Positions 52,633 through 60,432 of a DNA stretch of 64,000 nucleotides are shown piece by piece. The stretch spans positions 1,280 through 65,279 of the forward strand of contig CAJTXV010000006.1 in NCBI GenBank assembly GCA_910584255.1, read 5' to 3'. A program made the translations under genes and the position numbers. This DNA is from an uncultured Bacilli bacterium (GTDB lineage Bacteria; Bacillota_I; Bacilli_A; RF39; UBA660). The notes under the pieces were generated by a model, which worked only from the letters and a program-made list of their open reading frames with translations, ran no database searches and was not told the DNA's origin. Position 1 is the stretch's first letter; every line of letters begins with the position of its first letter.

Positions 52633-55600
52633 TTAAGGCATTGAAACATTTAATGGGATAGTCCACCAAAAACTAGGGATTAAAGATGGTATTAATCTAA
52701 TACCTCTATAAATTAAATATCCTGTACCTATAGTGATTGTCGTATCTACAATAATTTTATCAGCACTTGAATTGTATGGCTCGCCTCGATGAGGGATACC
52801 ATCTTCATCCCAATTCCAATCATGAAAGTGGGGATTAGACAATTCTGGATGATGATTAGGATGACTGTAATCAGTATCTTTGGTTGCTCTTCCATCAGAG
52901 CCATAGTCACGTAAGTCTCCATTGGGTTTTTTCAATCTAGAATTAGGCTCAGAAATTGTAGGTAATTTATTTTTATTTTCGGACTTTTTTACGGTTGCAG
53001 TTTTTTTATTTGTCATCTGTAAATTCGCTCCTATAAAAGCACCCGCAGCTGCCGCAAAATTACCATCTGAATCAACTAAAGTAATTGGATTATTACTAGT
53101 ATAAGCATATAAATTATATCCTAGCATATCTTGATTTGCTCCAATAATACCATCAACATTTATAAAACTACCCCACACTGGATTATAATATCTACTGTTT
53201 AGGTAATATAAGCCTGTTTCTGTGTCATAGTAGTATTCTCTATATCTAAATGGATTAATGATTCCTATATTGGTTTCATCTGTAATTTCATTTTGATTGT
53301 TATCTTTGATACTTAATAATTTTCCCCATGAATCATATTCGTAAGTTACAATTTCATTATAGTCTTTATCAAGTATTCCTATAATATCTCCTTGTAGATT
53401 CTTTATGTAATAATATGTATTGTCATTATACTTGAATCCTACTAATCCTGTTAAATCATATAGATAGTAAATCGTATTATTTCCTCTTTGTTCATAGATG
53501 ATATTATTATTTTCTAAGTAGTATTTTGTTATTTCTCCATTTACATTTTTTTCTGTTCTAATTCCATCTTTGTTATACTTATAGTTAATTTCTAGATTCT
53601 TTGAGGTATCTTTATAACTATTTAAACTTCTACCATTGATCCAATCTAGAGTAATAGAGTTTCCAACACTTAATGGATTTCCAATTGCATCATAAGTAAT
53701 CTCTTGATTGTTAAATCTTGTTAATTGGTCTTCCCAATTAGAATTTTGATACTCATACGTATCTGTTCTTATTATAGCATCTGTTTCTAGATTTTTGGTG
53801 ATTTTTGTTAGTAAATTTCCAGAATTGTCGTAAATATACTCCGTCTTTTCATTTCTTTCTTTGTTTTCCTCTTTGATTAATTCATTGTATTCATCATAAT
53901 AATATTGATTTTTAAGAATATTATTATAGTAAATATGAGTTATATTATTTAGTGAATCATATTTATAAGAATATTTATTATTTCCATTTTGAATACTATT
54001 TACTAAAGTTGAGGTTCTTTTACCCATTGAAATATAATTATAATTTATATTGTAATTGTCATTAATTTTTTTACTTACTAATCTTTCTAAATTATCATAT
54101 TGATAAGAGAATACTTGGTTATCCATAGAAGCCATTAGTAAGTTATCACTTTCATCTAATGTATAATGAATTTGGTTTTCCTTATCTTTTAACTTATAAT
54201 TCCTATCTGTGATACTATTATTCTTGTTATAGTCATAATTAATTTCAAAATCTTCATCCTTCTTGCTAATAAGCCTATTCGAATTATCATAATAAAATTG
54301 CTCAGTACTAGCATCTGAAATAATCTTTGCGATATTTCCATTACTGTTATATCTAAAACTATAATTATGATCCATTTTATGTAATTCTTTTGTTCTATCA
54401 AATTGATCATATGCAAACGTTATTTCTTGATTATTTCCATAAGTTGTTTTTACTAAATTCCCATTATTTTCTTCATACTCATTTGTAACTAGAGTAATAT
54501 TATCTCCAATTTTTACAGTTTTTAAATTTAAGAAATCATCATATGTAAACTTATATTCTTTATTTCCTTGTACGATTTTATCTAACATATCTTGATTATT
54601 ATAAGTATAATTTACTACTTTCTCTTTTTGCGTTACCGAAGTAACTTGCTTTTTATTATTATAGGTATATCTTGTAATTTGACCTTTTGCATTTGTCATC
54701 GATTTTGTTAATCCTGTTTTTGTATCTGTATCATATTCTGTTTTATTTAAATTACTATCTGTTACACTTGTTAAAAATTTTCCATCTTCTGTGTAAGTGG
54801 CTGTATTTTCAATAAATTCTTCTTCTAATAATTCAAAGTAGAATTCAAAAGATGGATCATCTGCTACTAGGTTAGCTACTTCTAAAGAAGTCCCATTTGA
54901 TTTTAAGTATTGGGTTTTATTTGCTAATTTTAGGTAGTAACTACCATTTTTATTTTCTTCTAAATGAAATAGATTATTTTGATTTTTATCATTTAAAATT
55001 ACAATATTATTGGTATACTCTATAGAAAAACTAGGAATCAGTGTATAGACAATTTTAAACATATCCCCTGATTTTTCTAAATTCCATAAAGTATTACTAC
55101 AAGAATCTTTTTCAAGAAGTATATTACTATATTCTGCTTTTAAGTATTTTTCTGTACCTCTACTTCGAATCTTATATGTTCCTTCTATCATAGTTTCTGA
55201 ATCTATTCCTACAATTGGGCTAAAGTTTGCTGGTAATTGGTAGAGAGACTTTTTACTGATTCTTGTTGAAATGGGGTTACCAAAAGAGTCATATGTAATT
55301 TTGTTATTAATTCCAGTTGACGTAATCGCGCTTGTTACTCTATCCTTTACTACATTATCATACTCATATTTAAAACGTTTTCCCTTAGGAGTTGTTGCAT
55401 TAATTAACTGATTACTTTTATCATACTGAAATGTATTACGAACATTATTCGTATCATTCGTACTAATTAAATTCCCATAAGTATCATAGTCATAGTAAGT
55501 CGTATTTAAATCCTTACAAAAGAATATGTTTGTAATCCACATTTCATTTACTTCATTTATGTGATTAAAGCTAATTGTAATTGACTTATAATCGTAAGGA

Positions 55601-58600
55601 GCGATACTTTTATAGTTTAGAAATTGCCATTTTTTATTTGGAATAAATGCATCATTTACAATTGCATATTGTTGTTGATTCACATCGATTGGTTCATATT
55701 CAATATTTACAGAATTAATAATAGAAGAGTTATCACTAAATATCCCTTCATTTTTAAGCCAAAATGAAATGTCATATGAGTCTCCTGCATTTCCATGAAC
55801 GGGTATCTTTTTACTAATAGAACGTGAATTATTTAAATTTATTTTTAAAGCCCTATTTTTATTATGATTAAATTTAACAACTTGGTAAGTATCTGTTTTC
55901 GATGCATCAATTGGACTAGTTACCCAACCAGAAAGTCCATATGAAAAATCTGAATTTTCAACAATATTATAATCATTTGCGACTTCTCCTTCTTCTAATT
56001 GGATGTCATCAATATAGGTAACACTGTTATCTTCAAATAATATTCTAAAAGCTAATACAGTACCATCTGGCTCATGATAAATTGATAAGTCGTGTCTTTT
56101 AAAGTCATCCGATGCTTCTATTACTTTACTACTTTCCTTGATCCCATCATTACTAAAGTAGAAGAATTGTAATGTGACTGGTTGATCATTTTTAAAATAT
56201 CCACTAAAGGTATAATATTCTCCATCCTCTGCGTCAATTGCGACATAGCCAATTAATGCTTTGTTACCTTTTCCCATTACTTTTAAACTTCTATTTCCAG
56301 AAACGGAATAATCTGTAGAAAAACTAGTTTCAACTTCTCCATTTTGAAATTCATATTGATCCGTTTCGAAACTACTATTTGGAATCATGTTTTTAATATA
56401 TCGAAACATGGGTGTTGTGGATAATGGCTTATTTTTTTCATAATATCGAGTATCATTATTTTCACTCATAGAGTTAAATGTAGAATAAGCATGATTTAAA
56501 TCCTCTTCACTACCTAAGGTATTACTAGATATTTTATTACCACTAGAGTTAAATAGTATTAAATTTGCTCGATTTTTGTTATCAACTACACTCGTTTCAT
56601 TAAATCCATAATTAAATGTTAGAGATTTACCTAAGACTTGATTTAATCCATAATGGATTACCTTCTTGATACGATATGGAATTTCATCATAGTATTCATA
56701 CACTATTTTAGTATCATTGGTATCTGTAATTGCAGAAATCACATTTTTACTATTATACTCAAAAGTAGTAGTTCCATTTCTAGTTGTAATATAATTTACT
56801 TTATTATCAGTTATACCGATAATAGATTCGGAATCTGGACTCTTTACTTTCATGATATTGTTAGTACTATAGTCGATAGTAATTTCATCATTATCGGAGT
56901 CAACCATCTTTACAAGTTTGTTATCTTGACTATAGATAATTTGAATTCTATAACTAGAGGCATCTACAAATTCTTTTAAATAGTAAAGTTCATCTGATCC
57001 ATTATTTTTAGAGAAAATCATTCGATTATTATATTTATCTATGATTATATAATTTTCATTTTCTTTTTCTAGTTTTTGCATTAATCCATCTTCATCGCTA
57101 CAATATTCTCTTGTTTCATACCAATCATCCTCATTATAATTTGGATTTAAAATATCATCTATTGTTGGTTCTTTCTTTCCTGGTTTTAAAACACGGTGTT
57201 TTTGATTTTGAAAGTAATGAGTAGTTCCATCTCCATCTACATATTCATAATACTGCTTATTATCTATAGTTACTTCTTTTACTGTTTGATGCAAATTGAA
57301 TTTAAATCCATTATTCTTTACGATAACGTCATTGGTGTTATAAATTAGCTTTAGTGCTACAGGTAATTTACTACCAATCGTAGAAGCAAGTTCAAAAACA
57401 CCAACTAGATTTCCATTATATGTGTTAATTGATGTCGTTCCATCTGTGAATGATTGTGACTGATAGTCATAATAACTTTCTAATCCACTTTGATTTCTAT
57501 AGATAATTGTTAAAACAGGTGCAGGATTTGCATTTTCTATGGTGTGATTTTTTGAATAGAATGCAGGGTATGCAGAATCCACATATACTTCTTTTTCTGA
57601 CTTAATTAAAATTCCATAATTAGGAGTATCCTGATACCAATGTTTTACTAAATCAGTAATGTCATTGTATTGCTCACTTGTATATTGTGGATGAATCATT
57701 CCATTTTCTATAAAACTTCGATTTACAAATTGAACTGCATCTACTCTTTCATCATAGTTATGACTCATATTATCCCAGGAAGCAGTTTTTTCTGTCCAAG
57801 GAGTGGTAATTCTATGGATATGAACCTTTTGATTTGGAGCTACATTTGTTATATCTTCTAAAAGATATCCACATAATGTCAAAGATGCTTGAACGACTTC
57901 ACTCCCTGTTCCAATTGTTGGAAGATTAAATTTAAGGAGTGTTCGATTGATTCTATCTACTCCATTTACTTTTTCTACGCCTGCTTTTAGTATTGGTTGA
58001 TTATGTCTTACTTCTCCTGCATCTCCCGGATAAATATAGGTGTCATAGACACCTCCTCCTTGACTTTGATTGGTAATCGTTGGATCAATTCGTACGGGAT
58101 ATTTGACATTTCCAAAGGTTAGCCATTCATAATCTAGTTGTAACTTTATTTCATAATTTTCATCTTTTTCTTCTAAAAGATAGAATACATCATGACTTAC
58201 TTTTCCAGAACTATCTTCCATATAAGGAGCATCCACTATAAAGATTACTTGGTTTTCTCTTTTTGCTAGTATTGTGTTATGTTCTAGACTTAAAGTTAAA
58301 TTCGTATTTACAAGAAAAGATAATTTTTTCCTACTAGCTTCTTCATTTTGTAAACAAATCGTTTCTTTTACTTTTGTTGGTAACGTTTGATAAAGAATAT
58401 CAATTCCTTCTAGAATATTTTGATAAGTAATATCTAAATTTTTTCTAATTTTCTTTGCTTTTACCTCGTTTGCATCTTTTAATTTTAACTCTAAATAATC
58501 ATTTCCTTTTTCCATTCTTAAGAATGAATCTTTTGTATTTTCTTTATAAGAAACTTTGTAATCATTTTTCTTATTTTGATAATACCCATTTTTCTTTATT

Positions 58601-58743
58601 AAACTATTATCTATTTCTTCATAATGACCATTTTTCTGATAGTGAATATCTTTAGGATAGATTTTTGCTACGAAAGTTCCATCCTCTCTTAAAAAGTGTT
58701 TTTCATTGGGTTTTCTTTTAGAAATAATTTCTATTTCTTTCAT
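52633..58743 (-). CDS. Rhs/YD-repeat polymorphic toxin (2,036 aa) with DNRLRE-like N-region, two CBM-like jelly-roll inserts, a beta-trefoil-like insert, Rhs core and a ~140-aa unclassified C-terminal toxin domain
   Basis: Many YD repeats (YDTYGNLIS, YDSFGNPIS, YTEDGKFLTS, YDAIGNPLS, YDSWGKLLS ...). Core end is ...YYNPVWGSFINVDG...LYAYTSNNPITLVDSDGNFA (res ~1854-1897). N-terminus is MKEIEIISKRKPNEKHFLREDG with no signal peptide. ...VDRINRTLLKFNLPTIGTGSEVVQASLTL (res ~262-290). Confidence 0.9.
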   Translation of the reverse strand: MKEIEIISKRKPNEKHFLREDGTFVAKIYPKDIHYQKNGHYEEIDNSLIKKNGYYQNKKNDYKVSYKENTKDSFLRMEKGNDYLELKLKDANEVKAKKIRKNLDITYQNILEGIDILYQTLPTKVKETICLQNEEASRKKLSFLVNTNLTLSLEHNTILAKRENQVIFIVDAPYMEDSSGKVSHDVFYLLEEKDENYEIKLQLDYEWLTFGNVKYPVRIDPTITNQSQGGGVYDTYIYPGDAGEVRHNQPILKAGVEKVNGVDRINRTLLKFNLPTIGTGSEVVQASLTLCGYLLEDITNVAPNQKVHIHRITTPWTEKTASWDNMSHNYDERVDAVQFVNRSFIENGMIHPQYTSEQYNDITDLVKHWYQDTPNYGILIKSEKEVYVDSAYPAFYSKNHTIENANPAPVLTIIYRNQSGLESYYDYQSQSFTDGTTSINTYNGNLVGVFELASTIGSKLPVALKLIYNTNDVIVKNNGFKFNLHQTVKEVTIDNKQYYEYVDGDGTTHYFQNQKHRVLKPGKKEPTIDDILNPNYNEDDWYETREYCSDEDGLMQKLEKENENYIIIDKYNNRMIFSKNNGSDELYYLKEFVDASSYRIQIIYSQDNKLVKMVDSDNDEITIDYSTNNIMKVKSPDSESIIGITDNKVNYITTRNGTTTFEYNSKNVISAITDTNDTKIVYEYYDEIPYRIKKVIHYGLNQVLGKSLTFNYGFNETSVVDNKNRANLILFNSSGNKISSNTLGSEEDLNHAYSTFNSMSENNDTRYYEKNKPLSTTPMFRYIKNMIPNSSFETDQYEFQNGEVETSFSTDYSVSGNRSLKVMGKGNKALIGYVAIDAEDGEYYTFSGYFKNDQPVTLQFFYFSNDGIKESSKVIEASDDFKRHDLSIYHEPDGTVLAFRILFEDNSVTYIDDIQLEEGEVANDYNIVENSDFSYGLSGWVTSPIDASKTDTYQVVKFNHNKNRALKINLNNSRSISKKIPVHGNAGDSYDISFWLKNEGIFSDNSSIINSVNIEYEPIDVNQQQYAIVNDAFIPNKKWQFLNYKSIAPYDYKSITISFNHINEVNEMWITNIFFCKDLNTTYYDYDTYGNLISTNDTNNVRNTFQYDKSNQLINATTPKGKRFKYEYDNVVKDRVTSAITSTGINNKITYDSFGNPISTRISKKSLYQLPANFSPIVGIDSETMIEGTYKIRSRGTEKYLKAEYSNILLEKDSCSNTLWNLEKSGDMFKIVYTLIPSFSIEYTNNIVILNDKNQNNLFHLEENKNGSYYLKLANKTQYLKSNGTSLEVANLVADDPSFEFYFELLEEEFIENTATYTEDGKFLTSVTDSNLNKTEYDTDTKTGLTKSMTNAKGQITRYTYNNKKQVTSVTQKEKVVNYTYNNQDMLDKIVQGNKEYKFTYDDFLNLKTVKIGDNITLVTNEYEENNGNLVKTTYGNNQEITFAYDQFDRTKELHKMDHNYSFRYNSNGNIAKIISDASTEQFYYDNSNRLISKKDEDFEINYDYNKNNSITDRNYKLKDKENQIHYTLDESDNLLMASMDNQVFSYQYDNLERLVSKKINDNYNINYNYISMGKRTSTLVNSIQNGNNKYSYKYDSLNNITHIYYNNILKNQYYYDEYNELIKEENKERNEKTEYIYDNSGNLLTKITKNLETDAIIRTDTYEYQNSNWEDQLTRFNNQEITYDAIGNPLSVGNSITLDWINGRSLNSYKDTSKNLEINYKYNKDGIRTEKNVNGEITKYYLENNNIIYEQRGNNTIYYLYDLTGLVGFKYNDNTYYYIKNLQGDIIGILDKDYNEIVTYEYDSWGKLLSIKDNNQNEITDETNIGIINPFRYREYYYDTETGLYYLNSRYYNPVWGSFINVDGIIGANQDMLGYNLYAYTSNNPITLVDSDGNFAAAAGAFIGANLQMTNKKTATVKKSENKNKLPTISEPNSRLKKPNGDLRDYGSDGRATKDTDYSHPNHHPELSNPHFHDWNWDEDGIPHRGEPYNSSADKIIVDTTITIGTGYLIYRGIRLIPSLIPSFWWTIPLNVSMP
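53053..53353. repeat. 301-bp homology block (main Rhs copy)
   Basis: See 51851-52151. Encodes Rhs residues ~1798-1897. Confidence 0.9.
53720..53816. repeat. Parent copy (inside the Rhs gene) of the 97-nt fragment at 50302-50398
   Basis: See 50302-50398. Confidence 0.85.
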
Positions 58744-58744
58744 A

Positions 58745-59374
58745 CTATGCCACTCTCTTCCACATATAAACTACTAAATAAGGGGGCATATTATTATGTG
58801 CTCTTCCTCCACCAACACCTGCAGTAATACCATTTACAGAATGTACATGATTTCCTGCAATGTGAATCGAATGTGGATTGTGATATTTTGTACCACCATT
58901 AGAACCATTAGATAAAGCATCTCCTGGATCATAATAGTGATGATGGCTACTTCCAATATAGGTTGCCCAAACTCCATGACTATGTACTCCTGCTTCGCTA
59001 GTATTTAGATTCACACTGTGGTAATGATATGGCATTTCTTCACCACTTAATGTATGACTTGCTTCTCCTCCCGTAGTACCATTTTGATAAGTATTACCTG
59101 CTGCGAGTAGAAAAGTATCTTGGATTCTCTCCCATGTCCCTCCAAATACTAATCCTGGATTGGTATTATTAATTGACATATAGATAGATCCTATTGGATA
59201 TACTTCTATACTATCTGATACCGTAAGACTTTTCACCTTCAAATTCCCATCTTTATCTAGTTCAAAGTTATTATTTTTAGAAGTAATACAAGATACATTT
59301 AAATTATCTACTTCTAAGTTTACATTTTCCCCTTTTTTAGTAAACAAATTTACTATATATTCATTTTCATTCAT
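58745..59374 (-). CDS. Phage tail-collar / baseplate-fibre-like protein (209 aa), translationally coupled to the Rhs gene
   Basis: ...VYPIGSIYMSINNTNPGLVFGGTWERIQDTFLLAAGNTYQNGTTGGEASHTLSGEEMPYHYH...HSH...HVH...GGGRAHNNMPPYLVVYMWKRVA is the C-terminal collar-type receptor-binding domain pattern seen in Firmicute prophage tail fibres. Start set at MNENEY (59374) after AGGAAGG. Stop TAG 58745-58747 lies 1 nt before the Rhs ATG. Confidence 0.7.
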   Translation of the reverse strand: MNENEYIVNLFTKKGENVNLEVDNLNVSCITSKNNNFELDKDGNLKVKSLTVSDSIEVYPIGSIYMSINNTNPGLVFGGTWERIQDTFLLAAGNTYQNGTTGGEASHTLSGEEMPYHYHSVNLNTSEAGVHSHGVWATYIGSSHHHYYDPGDALSNGSNGGTKYHNPHSIHIAGNHVHSVNGITAGVGGGRAHNNMPPYLVVYMWKRVA

Positions 59375-59400
59375 ATTTTTTCCTTCCTGCTTTCTATTTT

Positions 59401-59506
59401 TGATAAGAAGGAATAACTTATATTTAGTCACATACAATATAATGACTATAGAATAATACCTAATTTTGGGAGAGATTAGCTTTATTCTTAGTTACCCTTC
59501 TTATCA
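59401..59506 (-). promoter_or_regulatory. ~105-nt nested inverted-repeat structure in the leader of the collar-Rhs operon
   Basis: tgataagaagg(a)ataact (59401-59418) is the reverse complement of agttacccttcttatca (59490-59506): 11 perfect bp plus 6 more with one bulge. An inner tagtca/tgacta pair lies in the loop. The structure ends ~25 nt before the collar-gene ATG and has no U-tract, so it is not a terminator. Confidence 0.3.
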
Positions 59507-59596
59507 TTTTTGTGTTTTTTGTTCGAACTATCCACACACTATAATATATGAAGGGTTTTAATAAAGGATTAGGTTATTCGTCTATAATTTAATCTT

Positions 59597-60019
59597 TTAT
59601 TTCTTTTTTTTTATATTTTTTTCTTCAGAATCATTTATTTTTTTTCGGAACACTTCTAAAGAAGAAATTAATATTTTAGGTAATCGAATTCCCATTTCTG
59701 TACAATTTTCTAAAATAGAAATAATTTCACTCAGTAGAAAAGAATATGTTACAAGAGTTCTTAATACATTTTTCATACCTAAAACATTTTCAATAATCAA
59801 AGAAACTCCTATGACTATAAAATAACTAATTTTTTTAAATATTTCTTGAATACACTTACTACGATTCATTTTCTTTTTTAAATATGCTTTTAATAAATCT
59901 GTAAAAAGGTCTAAAATTACAACAATTATTAAGTATTTTAAATTGATATCAATATTACTAAATAGAAAAATAATACTTAAAAAGATAAAGCTAAAAACAA
60001 TCAATATAAATAGAATCAT
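59597..60019 (-). CDS. Holin, 'toxin secretion/phage lysis' family (Phage_holin_4_1, TcdE-like)
   Basis: 140 aa with 3-4 TM helices. VILDLFTDLLKAYLKKKMNRSKCIQEIFKKISYFIVIGVSLIIE and TYSFLLSEIISILENCTEMGIRLPKIL line up with the TcdE blocks ISFDTLLGCLSAIKSRKFNSS...GIRKVAMIACIFFLSVVD and FFSILFILYESVSILKNMCLCGLPVPKRL (recalled from memory). Charged Lys-rich C-terminal tail. Confidence 0.65.
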   Translation of the reverse strand: MILFILIVFSFIFLSIIFLFSNIDINLKYLIIVVILDLFTDLLKAYLKKKMNRSKCIQEIFKKISYFIVIGVSLIIENVLGMKNVLRTLVTYSFLLSEIISILENCTEMGIRLPKILISSLEVFRKKINDSEEKNIKKKK

Positions 60020-60037
60020 AAAACCATCTCCTAATAC

Positions 60038-60065
60038 ATTGTATGAAGGATGACTTTTTTACCAA
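60038..60065 (-). promoter_or_regulatory. Possible sigma-70 promoter of the holin gene, lying inside direct-repeat copy A
   Basis: Minus strand: TTGGTA (60065-60060), 16 nt, TACAAT (60043-60038), ~20 nt before the holin ATG. Repeat copy B carries TTGGTA-17 nt-TACAAG upstream of the antitoxin gene. Confidence 0.35.
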
Positions 60066-60107
60066 ACAAAAACTAGTTTTGTTTTTATAACTAGCTTTAT
60101 TGTTCTT
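60039..60107. repeat. Direct repeat copy A (69 nt) flanking the DinJ-YafQ cassette
   Basis: ttgtatgaaGgatgAc-ttttttaccaaacaaaaactagttttgtttttataactagCtttattgttctt versus copy B (60903-60972): 3 substitutions and 1 indel. It contains the palindrome aaaactagtttt. Confidence 0.85.
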
Positions 60108-60150
60108 TTTATTTTAGAAAGTAATTCTAATGAAATTGAAATAGGTATTT

Positions 60151-60432
60151 TTACATATTGAATAAGTCAAAATTTGATCCTGTCTCAACTAGATATAGTA
60201 TTAATTCATCGTTTATGATTTTATAAACTAATAACCAATCTGGTTCTATGTGACACTCTCTACACCCTTTATAATATTTGTTATCATTTAAACTATGATC
60301 TTTATATTTTTTATCTAATTGTTCTCCACATGCAAGTATTTCAATTACAGTTTCCATTTTAGAAATATCTTTGCCTTGTCTCAAGAACTTTTTATATTGT
60401 TTTTTAAAATTATTACTTCTTTTGATGCTATA
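60151..60432 (-). CDS. yafQ: YafQ/RelE-family type II toxin, possibly decaying (no canonical start; active-site His replaced)
   Basis: ...YKDHSLNDNKYYKGCRECHIEPDWLLVYKI...LVETGSNFDLF matches YafQ (YKDHPL...RDAHVEPDWILIYK...RTGTHAALF). The frame is open right up to the antitoxin TAA (60433-60435) and encodes YSIKRSNNFKKQYKKFLRQGKD, but the only start-like codon is TTG at 60384. Confidence 0.65.
   Translation of the reverse strand, partial: YSIKRSNNFKKQYKKFLRQGKDISKMETVIEILACGEQLDKKYKDHSLNDNKYYKGCRECHIEPDWLLVYKIINDELILYLVETGSNFDLFNM

Noticed and set aside
31205-54416. Minus-strand ORFs nested out of frame inside larger genes (31205-31462 in the ATPase gene, 35696-35911 in the VanZ-RDD gene, 54189-54416 in the Rhs gene).
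   Set aside because: These are alternative-frame ORFs wholly inside genes whose main frame carries the recognisable motifs. There is no independent start signal.
58745-60019. The holin plus tail-collar genes as part of an intact prophage.
   Set aside because: No terminase, portal, capsid, tail tube/tape measure, endolysin, integrase or repressor genes occur in the surrounding 10 kb. The collar gene is translationally coupled to the Rhs gene instead. A very old prophage remnant cannot be excluded; see the refutation criteria of the main finding.
50455-60019. Type VII (LXG/WXG100, EssC) or type VI (VgrG/PAAR/Hcp) secretion context for the Rhs toxin.
   Set aside because: No small WXG100-like helical-hairpin proteins, FtsK/EssC-type ATPase, LXG N-domain, PAAR or VgrG are recognisable in the window. 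Such genes could still exist elsewhere in the genome.
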